Source: Acidobacteriota bacterium (GTDB lineage: Bacteria; Acidobacteriota; UBA890; WLXD01). From it: a DNA stretch of 64,000 bases. The stretch's first letter is position 1. Every line of letters begins with the position of its first letter. The stretch covers positions 352,001-416,000 of the forward strand of contig CAXWPH010000015.1 in the NCBI GenBank assembly GCA_963666055.2. Direction: 5' to 3'. The position numbers were made by a program, and so were the translations under genes. The notes beneath the pieces are model-generated. The model saw only the letters and a list, made by a program, of their open reading frames with translations, did not search any database and was not told where the DNA came from. Shown one piece after another: positions 10,538 through 19,685 of the stretch.

Positions 10538-12480
10538 CGAGGCTGCGAGGCGCCACATCCGCCTCTGCCGCGGCGATCTGCCTGCTGCTACTCGCTGGCG
10601 TCAACGCCAGGGCGCTCACTGACGCGAGCCCACAGGAGCAGGACCGAGCAGCCTCCGGCCGCTTCACTCTGATCGACGCAACCATCCCCGAGCTGCAGCA
10701 GGCGATGGCGAGCGGAGCGGTCACCGCGGTCGACTTGGTCGACGCATATCTGGCACGCATCGAGGCCTACGATCAGGCCGGCCCGCGACTGAACGCGATC
10801 CTGCACCTCAACCCGAAGGCTCGCGAGCAGGCCGCGGCCCTCGACCAGGAGCGCCGCGCCCAAGGCCCCCGGGGACCGTTGCACGGCGTGCCGATCATCC
10901 TCAAGGACAACTACGACACCGCCGATATGCCCACCTCGGCCGGGTCAATAGCGCTGGCCGGTTTCACCCCGGCGGCCGACGCCTTCCAGGTGCGCAAGCT
11001 TCGTGAAGCAGGGGTTGTGATCCTCGCCAAGGCGAACATGGAAGAGCTGGCGATGGGCATCACGACGATCAGCTCGCTGGGCGGGCAAACGCGCAATCCG
11101 TACGATCCCCGCCGTAATCCCGGTGGCTCGAGCGGCGGCACCGGGGCGGCGGTCGCAGCCGGCTTCGCGGCCTTCGGCATGGGATCGGATACCTGCGGAT
11201 CGATTCGCATTCCGGCCTCACACAACAACCTCGTGGGCCTGCGACCCACCAAGGGGCTGTCGAGCATCGCCGGCATCGTTCCCCTCGCCCACACGCAGGA
11301 CGTCGGCGGGCCCCTGGCTCGTAGCGTCACCGATCTGGCCATCGTGCTCGATGCGACAATCGGGCCGGATCCCCAGGACCCGGCAACCGCGGTGCTGGAG
11401 GGCCGGGAGCTACCGCGCTTCGAGGTCGGGCTCGGCAGCGCGGCAATCGCCGGGATGCGCTTCGGCAAGCTCACCGCGCTGATCGAGCGGGATGTCGCGG
11501 AGAGCTCGGTTATCGATGTAATCGACGCCGCCTTCGAGCATCTGGAGGGGCAGGGGGCGGAGATCATCGATGTCCAGGTGCCGGGAATGCTGGACCTGAT
11601 AGAGAAGTCGGGCGTCATCCGCCACGAGTTCAAGTTCGATTTCATCGACTATCTCTCGACCCGTGCCGGCGCCCCGATCAGCTCACTGACAGAGATGCTC
11701 GAAGGCGGCCTGCATCATCAGGCGATGACGAGCCGCTTCGAAAACATCGACGAAGTAGAAGAGCGCGGCTCGGCGGAATACCTCGCCGCACTCAACTGGC
11801 GCGAGATCCTGAGAGATGCCGTCGTCCAGGTACTCGACGAGCACGAGCTGGACGCCATCGCGTATCCGACGATCGTCCAGCGCCCGAAGCATGTAGGGGA
11901 GCGCCAACCAGGCAGCAACTGCGCGCTGAGCGCGCAAAGCGGGCTGCCGGCGATCTCGATCCCTGCGGGCTTCACTGCCGACGGCCTCCCCGTGGGGCTG
12001 GAGCTCCTCGGCCGACCCTTCGACGACGTGGCGCTCGTAGCGCTGGCGTTCGCTTTCGAGCAGGGCACAAATCACCGAGTGTTGCCCTCCGTAACTCCGT
12101 CCTTGGTCAACGGGGCGGCGCCGCGACCGTTGTCGTTCGAGGTGTCCGTAACAGCCGAGCGCCAAGACGGCGGTGGAACTTCGACCGTCCGGGGTGCGAC
12201 GTTCATCCTGGATTCGACACGGAACCGACTCCGGTACACGCTGACCATCGCCGAAGGCGCGTTCGCGGAAGTGCTCGCGGTGACCCTTCACGTCGGAGAA
12301 GAGGGTCAGGGGCCCGCCATCGCCCGCCTCGCCGGGATCGGTGCCAAGCAAAGGGCCGGTGAGATCGAGTTGCGTCCCGCCGATCGGTGGGCGCTGGACA
12401 AGGGAGAGATCTACCTAAGGGTGTTCACGCGCGCTGATCCGCAAGGCACGCGGCGGGGGCGCCTCGTATTGCCGCGGTAG
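10534..12480 (+). CDS. Exported amidase-signature enzyme with C-terminal CHRD-like domain
   Basis: KDN, GGSSGG, GSDTCGSIR (Ser-cisSer-Lys); C-terminal LHVG..GEIYLRVFT. Confidence 0.85.
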   Translation: MTRLRGATSASAAAICLLLLAGVNARALTDASPQEQDRAASGRFTLIDATIPELQQAMASGAVTAVDLVDAYLARIEAYDQAGPRLNAILHLNPKAREQAAALDQERRAQGPRGPLHGVPIILKDNYDTADMPTSAGSIALAGFTPAADAFQVRKLREAGVVILAKANMEELAMGITTISSLGGQTRNPYDPRRNPGGSSGGTGAAVAAGFAAFGMGSDTCGSIRIPASHNNLVGLRPTKGLSSIAGIVPLAHTQDVGGPLARSVTDLAIVLDATIGPDPQDPATAVLEGRELPRFEVGLGSAAIAGMRFGKLTALIERDVAESSVIDVIDAAFEHLEGQGAEIIDVQVPGMLDLIEKSGVIRHEFKFDFIDYLSTRAGAPISSLTEMLEGGLHHQAMTSRFENIDEVEERGSAEYLAALNWREILRDAVVQVLDEHELDAIAYPTIVQRPKHVGERQPGSNCALSAQSGLPAISIPAGFTADGLPVGLELLGRPFDDVALVALAFAFEQGTNHRVLPSVTPSLVNGAAPRPLSFEVSVTAERQDGGGTSTVRGATFILDSTRNRLRYTLTIAEGAFAEVLAVTLHVGEEGQGPAIARLAGIGAKQRAGEIELRPADRWALDKGEIYLRVFTRADPQGTRRGRLVLPR

Positions 12481-12783
12481 CTACTTGGTGGCGAGGAACA
12501 TCTCGTGCGCCCCCGGTTCCACCTCGGAGTGCTCGAACGGCAGCACCGTGGTGCTGACGAAGCCGACGTCGGCCAGCATCGCCAGCCAGTCATCTCGCGC
12601 AAACAGGGCACGGATCGCACGGTCGTGTTCTACACGTACCGTGCCGTCGGCCGATCGAAGCATGTACGCCATGTCGTGCCTGTAACAGCTGTCGTCGGGG
12701 TCGGGGTCGGAAATCCACTCCAGGTAGCGCAACGCTCGCCCGCCGCCGTCGTGTCCGCCATGATCGGTCGAGGGACAGACCAC
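12481..12783 (-). pseudogene. C-terminal fragment of a class I SAM-dependent methyltransferase
   Basis: GGHDG..RALRYLEW..DPDPDD..VRVEHD..LF..W...LADVGF; SAM-binding half missing. Confidence 0.6.
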
Positions 12784-13232
12784 TAGTCGTTTCGTTGGTT
12801 CGAGTTGTCCATGTCGGAGAAGATCAGCCAGCGTCCGTCGGGCCCCTTGTGGAGGGTGAGCGTGAACTTGCCGGCGTCGGGGCTTCCTTGCTCCTGGGTA
12901 TAACCCCCGATGATGTAGCCGAGCGAGCCGTCGACGTTATAGGCGATCGCCCGAAGGGACAGCGGCCCGCCGCCATCCCCGTAGTATGCGGCGATCGCCG
13001 CGCGGCCGCGCACCGGTGATCGTCCACCGGCGAGAACAAATCCGTTCTCCGCGAAGAGCGGGGCGAGCTCCCTTCCACCGATACGATAGGCCTTCTCGTA
13101 GTCGGTAAGCACCCTGGCCAGCTCCGGTGGGAGCTCGACGCTGGGGAGAGGAGACTTCGTTACGGGCTGTTGCGCAGCCGCCAACGAGGGCAGGACCACA
13201 GCCAGACCGAACGCGGCAATCAACGTGCGCAT
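12783..13232 (-). CDS. Exported NTF2-like (DUF4440) protein
   Basis: Signal peptide; LFAENG..VRGRAAIAAYY..GKF...DGRWLIFSD. Confidence 0.75.
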   Translation of the reverse strand: MRTLIAAFGLAVVLPSLAAAQQPVTKSPLPSVELPPELARVLTDYEKAYRIGGRELAPLFAENGFVLAGGRSPVRGRAAIAAYYGDGGGPLSLRAIAYNVDGSLGYIIGGYTQEQGSPDAGKFTLTLHKGPDGRWLIFSDMDNSNQRND

Positions 13233-13258
13233 AATGTCCTCCAGCCTCCCGTCGCGGT

Positions 13259-13588
13259 CTAGCTGGCTGTGGGCTGCTCCAGCCTGTCGGCGATCCACTG
13301 ATTGATGCTCTTCCCATCGCGCCTCGCCTCCACATAGATGTGGCGATGGAGCTCCGACGACAGTCGCAGCATCAGCCGGCCCGAGAAAGGCTTGTCGGGC
13401 TCCTCATCTCGCTCCCTACAAAACTCGAGGTAGTCCTCGATGGACTCGCGAAACGCCTCCTCCAATTCATCTACGCTAGTCCCCTGAAACGTGATCACGT
13501 CCCGGGTGTCGAGGACTTCGCCATGAAACAAGCTCGCTTCACTATCGAACTCCACGTTGCCCGTGTAGCCCCGATACTCCAACATCAT
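13259..13588 (-). CDS. hicB: HicB antitoxin
   Basis: YRGYTG..DVITFQG..F..S..DYL..C..EPDKPFSG.L.LR; overlaps hicA stop. Confidence 0.92.
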   Translation of the reverse strand: MMLEYRGYTGNVEFDSEASLFHGEVLDTRDVITFQGTSVDELEEAFRESIEDYLEFCRERDEEPDKPFSGRLMLRLSSELHRHIYVEARRDGKSINQWIADRLEQPTAS

Positions 13589-13857
13589 TCACCGTCCTCT
13601 GGCACAACGTCCGCATTGACCAGGAAACGCCGCATGGAACGGAGCGCTCCCTTGTCCGTCTCCTTGCGCGGATGCGGCCGATGGAAAACGGCCCGAACGC
13701 CGTTGAGATAGATGCGGACCCGCGATCCCCGTCCCTCGCTCAGCTCTGCTCCAAGCGCATTTAGCAGTTTCTCCATCTCTGCCCATGACACGTTGGATCG
13801 AGCTGGAACTGCGAAGATCGCCACAAGCGTCTTCCGATGCTTGCTCGACACATTCAT
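13585..13857 (-). CDS. hicA: HicA toxin
   Basis: EGRGSRVR..FHRPHP. Confidence 0.92.
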   Translation of the reverse strand: MNVSSKHRKTLVAIFAVPARSNVSWAEMEKLLNALGAELSEGRGSRVRIYLNGVRAVFHRPHPRKETDKGALRSMRRFLVNADVVPEDGE

Positions 13858-13878
13858 AGTGTCATATTATGACACTAT
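13856..13878. promoter_or_regulatory. hicAB operator palindrome
   Basis: ATAGTGTCAT-att-ATGACACTAT perfect 10-bp inverted repeat at the hicA start. Confidence 0.75.
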
Positions 13879-13898
13879 AGCATCAATCGACAGTACCG

Positions 13899-15152
13899 TC
13901 ACGCAATGAGCCGCCATCCCATCCAGCCGAAGAACGCGATGGCGGCCAGCAGCGCCACGACCGTGGGCTTCCTGTTGGCGAGGTCCCCCACCCACTCGCG
14001 CCGGCCATTGAGGATCAGCAGCACCAGCGCGAGCATCGGAATGAACATCGCCCCGATCACGGCGTAGAGTTTTTGCACCTCCCTGAAGCTCATCAGCAGG
14101 CCGAGCATCGGCACGATCGCCATTCCCAGCAGGTAGCCCCGGTAGGGGGCCGACCGGGTGTCGATCGCAACCCCTGGCTCTTGACTCCTGGCCGGGTCGG
14201 GACTGCGAATGAACAGACGCCAGAGATCAGCAAAGAGGTATGGTACCGACTGCCACACGCCCAGCAGGCTGCTGAACACCGCGCCAAACGCACCGATCAG
14301 GAATAGCCACCGCCCCCAGAGCCCCAGGGAGCCTTCGAGGCTGTCGGCGAGCGACACGAGCAGCCCGGCGCCCTGGCCCTCGATCCGTACCGTGGTGCCG
14401 ATGATCACCATGGCAATCCCGAAGAGGATGGTCAGGGTGTACGCCACCCCGAGATCGATGCGGCAAGTGGCAAGGTCGCCCGGCCCCAATCGTCCCTTCT
14501 CACGGATCCAGTAGCCATAGCACAGCACGGTCAACGTCCCGCCGACGCCGCCGATCAACGCCACTGTCCAAGTAATGCCCTCCCCGCCCGCGGCGGGGAT
14601 CGTGGGAACGAACAACCCACGTAGCACCTCCCCCGCCCCCGGAGACAGCAGAGCCCCAGTCAACAGGACGGTGCCGAACATCACCGCGATGCAGACGCTC
14701 ATCACCTTCTCGAACAGCAGGAATCCGCCCGCCCACACCAGCGCCAGCCCGGTCAGGCTCGACAGAATTCCGAAGACGATCTTGCCGTCGGCCGGGTCGC
14801 CGAATATCGGCACCATGGCGTGAAGCGTGACGCCGCAGGCGCTCATCAACGCCGAGCCGACGAAGAACGACCACAAGAGCAGGTAGGGCAGGAACAGCCA
14901 GCCCACAGCTCGACCCAGTCGACTGGCAATCCCTTCGAGGAGTGTCTGGCCGGTGGCCAGCTGCCACCGCGTCAGCCCCTCGTTGAGCAGGAACTTGAGA
15001 AACCCGCCGACCACGACGGCCCAGAGCACCGCCGTCCCGAGCTGACTACCCGTGAAGCTCGCGGTGGCAAGATCGCCGGCCCCGACACCGGTGGCGGCCA
15101 CCAGCAGCCCGGGCCCGATGACCACGAACAAGCTCCGCAGATTCCAGTTCAC
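13899..15152 (-). CDS. Nramp-related membrane transporter
   Basis: GPGLLVAATGVGAGD, many TM segments, GGVGGT. Confidence 0.8.
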   Translation of the reverse strand: MNWNLRSLFVVIGPGLLVAATGVGAGDLATASFTGSQLGTAVLWAVVVGGFLKFLLNEGLTRWQLATGQTLLEGIASRLGRAVGWLFLPYLLLWSFFVGSALMSACGVTLHAMVPIFGDPADGKIVFGILSSLTGLALVWAGGFLLFEKVMSVCIAVMFGTVLLTGALLSPGAGEVLRGLFVPTIPAAGGEGITWTVALIGGVGGTLTVLCYGYWIREKGRLGPGDLATCRIDLGVAYTLTILFGIAMVIIGTTVRIEGQGAGLLVSLADSLEGSLGLWGRWLFLIGAFGAVFSSLLGVWQSVPYLFADLWRLFIRSPDPARSQEPGVAIDTRSAPYRGYLLGMAIVPMLGLLMSFREVQKLYAVIGAMFIPMLALVLLILNGRREWVGDLANRKPTVVALLAAIAFFGWMGWRLIA

Positions 15153-15278
15153 GGGGATCTATTCTATAGAGCCTCGAGAAACTGACCGATTCTCTTCCCG
15201 GTCAGATAGAAGCCGGCCAGTCTCTTGTCTCCGGATACCAAGGTGGGGATTGCGCCGACGCCATCTTCGAGCCTCACC

Positions 15279-16018
15279 CTACCGACGTATGTGGCTGCCG
15301 AAGACGCGGCGCTCGACAGCCTCGACGATCTGTTGTCCGTTGGAGCTGTTGGTCAACAGCGCGTACCCGAGGTTCTCCTCGACCCCGTACATGAAATCCG
15401 CAATGAAGATCACGTTGTTGCCGCCGTGGTAGACGTATCAGCGTGACCCATCCGTCACGATGCCCAGACCCAGTCCCCAGCTCAGCTCCCGGTCGCCATC
15501 CGTCTCGACACTCACGGCGGGATTCGCGAGCGCGGAGTAAGGCCCGCCGGAGCGAATCTCCGAAGCCAGATGCGCCCCGAACGCGGCGAGATCTGCGGCT
15601 GTCGTGTGCAGGGTCGAGCTGGAGAGCGGCACATGAAGCTCCCACTTGTCTGGGCTGCCCTCAGCATCGTGACCGAGTGAGTAGTTGCGCCGCATCTCGG
15701 TGTCGAGCAGGAAGCTGCTGCGGGTCATTCCCAGCGACTCGAAGACCCTTCCGTCGCCAACTCATTCAGGCTCCTGCCGGTCATCTCTTCCACGATCCGC
15801 TGCAGGAGAACGTAGCCCTCGCCGGAATAGCGGTACTCGGTGCCCGGGTCGACGACGAACTCGAGCCTGTCGTCGGGCGCAAAGAGCTCGGAGTAGCTTC
15901 CGGCGGCGAGATTCAAACGGCTGCGCCAATTGGGCAGCCCGCCGCGATGCGTCAGCAGGATCCGCGCGGTCAGGCTTGCGGCGCGCGCGTCGTGGGCGAG
16001 CTCCGGAATCTCTGGCAC
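15279..16018 (-). pseudogene. Beta-lactamase-family serine hydrolase remnant (5'-truncated, two frameshifts)
   Basis: LLTHRGGLPNW, PGTEYRYSGEG, TTAADLAAF, WGLG, HGGNN spread over three frames; no SxxK region. Confidence 0.7.
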
Positions 16019-16152
16019 CAGCGCGTCGCCACGCAGTGTCAGCGCGGTACCGTCATCGAAGGCACCCAGTAGTCAGGCGCGAGAATCGACACCTTGGAAC
16101 CGAAGCGATCGAGGTTGAGCGTCAGCGACGATGAGCGCGCCGTGGGTGGCGC

Positions 16153-16848
16153 TCAACGCTCGGCGTCGGCGACGCCCCCCGTTTCGAGCGCAGCGGCCGC
16201 AAGCGCCTTGACCGCGAACGTCGTGCCGGCGTGCGTCAGGAAGTTCGAGGTTGTGAAGCTATTGCGTATGGACTGGGTCCACCAGTAGCCACCGGCACGC
16301 TGGTTCGTCTTCAACCAGCCGACGCCGCGTTGGATCGCCGCGTGCGACGCCGGAACTCCGGCCTGTCGCAGAACGTATATGACGAAGCCGGTGCCGTAGC
16401 CATCACTTTCGACAGTCACCGGGGGATCGGATTCGAGTCCCTTGCGCATCCGCCATACGCCGAGCTTTCCCGAGGCCCAACCACCGTCTTCACGCTGCAG
16501 ACCGAGAAGCTCGTCGATCCAGCGTTGGCGATCAGCGTCGCTGACCAGCCCCTCGTTGACACTGCCGGCCCATAGCAGCATGCCGCGGTTGTGGGCGATT
16601 TCGGGCGGGTTCGCGGCGATGTAGGCGCGAATCCTGCGCATCCCCTGCACAGCAGCATCGGTGCTGGGGTAGTCGCCCGGAGCCATGCCGGTGGCGATCG
16701 CCATCAGCGTGACGGCGAAGTGGAAATCGGACTCGAACGGTGGCCAGTTGCTTACCGTCCAATCGGCCCAATGGCCGCCTTCGTCCTGTAGCGACCAGGC
16801 GTGGTCGTCTTGTCGGATGCAGCAACCGCGCACTTGGTGCCACGCCAC
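16153..16848 (-). pseudogene. Squalene-hopene cyclase/prenyltransferase-like protein, 5'-truncated
   Basis: QW-like repeats LQREDGGW and WLKTNQRAGGYW; ESDGYGTG. Confidence 0.6.
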
Positions 16849-16948
16849 CGTACCATGTCGCCTGCGCTAGCGACCGATTCCAGGCGGATCCCTCACGGCA
16901 TCTACAACCAGGGACCGACCTCGTCAGCGTCTCGCACGCACGGATCGC

Positions 16949-18202
16949 TCAGAAGGTGTCCTCCTTGAGCTTGAACGTGTCGGCCAAGTCCGGGTTGCGA
17001 TCGTCGCCCACGACACGATGGGCCACGTACTCGCCCAGCATGATGCCGTGCTTATAGCCATGGCCTGAGCCACCGCCGACGATCCAGACGTTGTCCATCT
17101 CCGGGTGGCGGTCGACGATGAAGTGATCATCGACGCTGTTCTCCAACTGGCACACCCGCGACTCGAGCACTGGCTGGTGCGCGAGAGCCGGGAAGGCGCG
17201 CGCCACGAACTGGCGCGCCTTCTCGATCTCCTCGGAGGTCACGATCCGCTCGCCGGTATCCGGATCGAACGAGATGCTGTCGAAATAGGGCCGCACCTTC
17301 CAGCCGCGGCCCTCGATGCTCGGGAAGCCGTAGGCGCGCTGCATCTCCCACGTCGGACAGTTGGGGTAGATGAACCGGTTGTCGTCGGTCGGCACGCCAT
17401 ACCAGAAGGTGATTCCGCGCGGAGTCTGGAGCTTGTTCTGCATCACGGAGGGAAACACCTTCGGCAGCCATGGGCCGCACGCGAAGACGAACGTGTCAGC
17501 CGACACCGGCTCGCCGGTCGAGAGCTCGAGCTCCAGTAGCTTCCCTCCGGCATGCTGCCCGGGCTTCGCCCTGGCGGTGACCAGCGTGCCGCCCTTACGC
17601 TCGAAGGCACCAGCGACGGCGAAGCAGGCACGTCGCGCCATGAGGACACCGGTGCTGGGCACAGAGAACCCGAATTCGAACTCCTGGTGGTTGAACTGAG
17701 GATAGCGCCGCGACAGCTCGTTGTGAGGCACGACTTCGTTGTCGATCCCGTGTCGATCGAGCACTTCCTTGGAGGCCCGCAGGTACGCGGACCATTGGCG
17801 CGCGAGAGTGAGCTGACCCGTACGGTAAAAGAGCGGCCGTCCACCCCACTCTCTCTGGCGCGCTTCCCAACGGTCGAACGCCTGCACGACCCAACGGGTG
17901 TAGATCTCGCGTTCGCCATATTGGGTGCGGATCTGCCGAGTCTCTCCGCCGGAGGCCGCCCTTGCGTTGCCGGCGCCGTAGGCGTCGATGAGGGTGACCC
18001 GGTGCCCCATCTCTCGCAGATAAAGGGCTGTCCAACCGCCGAACGCTCCTGCCCCGATGACCGCTACGTCCGCCGTCGATGCGGCCGCCGGTCCGGACGC
18101 GTGCACCGCGGTGGCCGCCGCCTGCAGTTCTTTGGTGGTGCCCAACGCCAGCGCACCAGCCCCGGTCAGCTTGAGGAACGTGCGTCGGTCATGCCGCGAC
18201 AT
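16949..18202 (-). CDS. Tat-exported FAD-dependent oxidoreductase (sarcosine oxidase/DAO-like)
   Basis: DRRTFLK; GAGAFG; GGGSGHGYKHG. Confidence 0.85.
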   Translation of the reverse strand: MSRHDRRTFLKLTGAGALALGTTKELQAAATAVHASGPAAASTADVAVIGAGAFGGWTALYLREMGHRVTLIDAYGAGNARAASGGETRQIRTQYGEREIYTRWVVQAFDRWEARQREWGGRPLFYRTGQLTLARQWSAYLRASKEVLDRHGIDNEVVPHNELSRRYPQFNHQEFEFGFSVPSTGVLMARRACFAVAGAFERKGGTLVTARAKPGQHAGGKLLELELSTGEPVSADTFVFACGPWLPKVFPSVMQNKLQTPRGITFWYGVPTDDNRFIYPNCPTWEMQRAYGFPSIEGRGWKVRPYFDSISFDPDTGERIVTSEEIEKARQFVARAFPALAHQPVLESRVCQLENSVDDHFIVDRHPEMDNVWIVGGGSGHGYKHGIMLGEYVAHRVVGDDRNPDLADTFKLKEDTF

Positions 18203-18262
18203 GGCGCCACTCCAAGGTTGGTATTGTGGCCCGGCTGCTTACCGGGCTCCCTCGGCCCGCAG

Positions 18263-18296
18263 CTAGCAGGCCGTGGTGAAAGTGTGGTGGGCCTGG
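18263..18296 (+). repeat. Solo terminal inverted repeat of the 279-bp element
   Basis: CTAGCAGGCCGTGGTGAAAGTGTGGTGGGCCTGG, 33/34 identical to element end. Confidence 0.9.
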
Positions 18297-19346
18297 CTAC
18301 CTGTGCTCCTCGCTTGTCTCCTGATAGCGCGCGCCGCTCAGGGTGTTAGAGAGCGAGTAGTTCCCCTCGTGACACGCATACTCGTAGAGCAGGTCGTCGA
18401 GGCGCTCGAACGGAACCTCCCCTCCCCAGGTGCTCGCATACATCGTCGGGTCGTCGATGGTGAACTCGTAGTGAATGGTCGCCTCATCGACTCGGGTAAA
18501 GCGCTCGACCACCTTGCGATCTGCCGAGGGAGGGACACCGCGGAGCGGGTGGTCGGGATTCAAGTTGGTGGTCTCGACAACGAGCGTGTCCCCCTCCCAA
18601 CGACCCCACGAGTCACCGAACCAGGGACGAATGTCGTTCGGCAGCGGTACGGGATCACCTAGCCGGATGATCCGGACGTCGTGCACCATCTCGGTCATGA
18701 TCATCACGTGATCGGCCGTCTGCACGATCGTGTAGTTGTTGAGGTAGAAGTAGTTGGGGAGCATCGGCGGACCGGCGTTGGAGCCGAACGATACGAGCCA
18801 ACGGTCCTCCAGCGGTAGAAGCTCGGGATGATCGTACGGGCCGAACTCGCTCTTGAGCTCGGCAAGCACCTCGATCCGCCGACGTCCCTCCGGCGTCAGC
18901 TCCGGCACGCGGCCATCCGCTGGATTCGTCACCAGCGAGCTCCTGGGCACGCCATTGACGACCGCCACGCGGTCACCGGCCTCGCTCCGCGCAGCGCCCT
19001 TGGCGAGTCCAACCTCTTCTCCAAAACGTCTCCAATAGCCGTCGTCAGTCAGCACCTCCGGGCGATCGCGGGGCGCCTGACCCTCCTCGATCTCCGCAAC
19101 CTGTTCCGGGCTGAGAACGGGCCCCAGACCCTCCGGGCGCTGCACGGGGGTGAGCGTGGCGTTGGTCCAGTTCCCCTGGAGATCCGGGTGGCCGTGCGGT
19201 GTCCTCGGCACCTGCCACACCGCGGCGTCGGAAGCAGCGCTCTGCGCCGCCGCGGTCGACCACAGCGTCGCCGCCGACAACGCGATCACTGCAACAGCCA
19301 TGGCGCATCGCCTGAGCGTCAGCGAGGTGCAGAGATTCATCTTCAT
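18297..19346 (-). CDS. Conserved exported hypothetical protein
   Basis: Signal peptide; PRTPHGHPDLQGNW, GDSWGRWEGDTLVVET, EYACHEGN. Confidence 0.75.
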   Translation of the reverse strand: MKMNLCTSLTLRRCAMAVAVIALSAATLWSTAAAQSAASDAAVWQVPRTPHGHPDLQGNWTNATLTPVQRPEGLGPVLSPEQVAEIEEGQAPRDRPEVLTDDGYWRRFGEEVGLAKGAARSEAGDRVAVVNGVPRSSLVTNPADGRVPELTPEGRRRIEVLAELKSEFGPYDHPELLPLEDRWLVSFGSNAGPPMLPNYFYLNNYTIVQTADHVMIMTEMVHDVRIIRLGDPVPLPNDIRPWFGDSWGRWEGDTLVVETTNLNPDHPLRGVPPSADRKVVERFTRVDEATIHYEFTIDDPTMYASTWGGEVPFERLDDLLYEYACHEGNYSLSNTLSGARYQETSEEHR

Positions 19347-19685
19347 CTTTACCCGGCATTCCCCAGATGACCCTTGTCGAATCACGTTCTTGGCTTGACC
19401 AGTATCGGGACGCCTGAATTCAAACACCGATTGTTGGGCTCCTCAAGAGATTCGCAGCGCGAACGATACCACCCACCAAGAGCGGTATTCTCTTGTCCTC
19501 GAGCGGTTACGAGGTGCTGGCTTCCTGTCCGCACAGGCTTCTGCTGTAACCGGGATCAAAGATCCATTTGGGAAATCCGGGCTAATATCTGGGAGGATCC
19601 CCACCGGCCGCGCCGCGTCCACGCAAGGCGGCCCGCACCGCGCGGTCGATCCCCCCGCGACCCGTGACGATGGAGGCGAGTAAGG

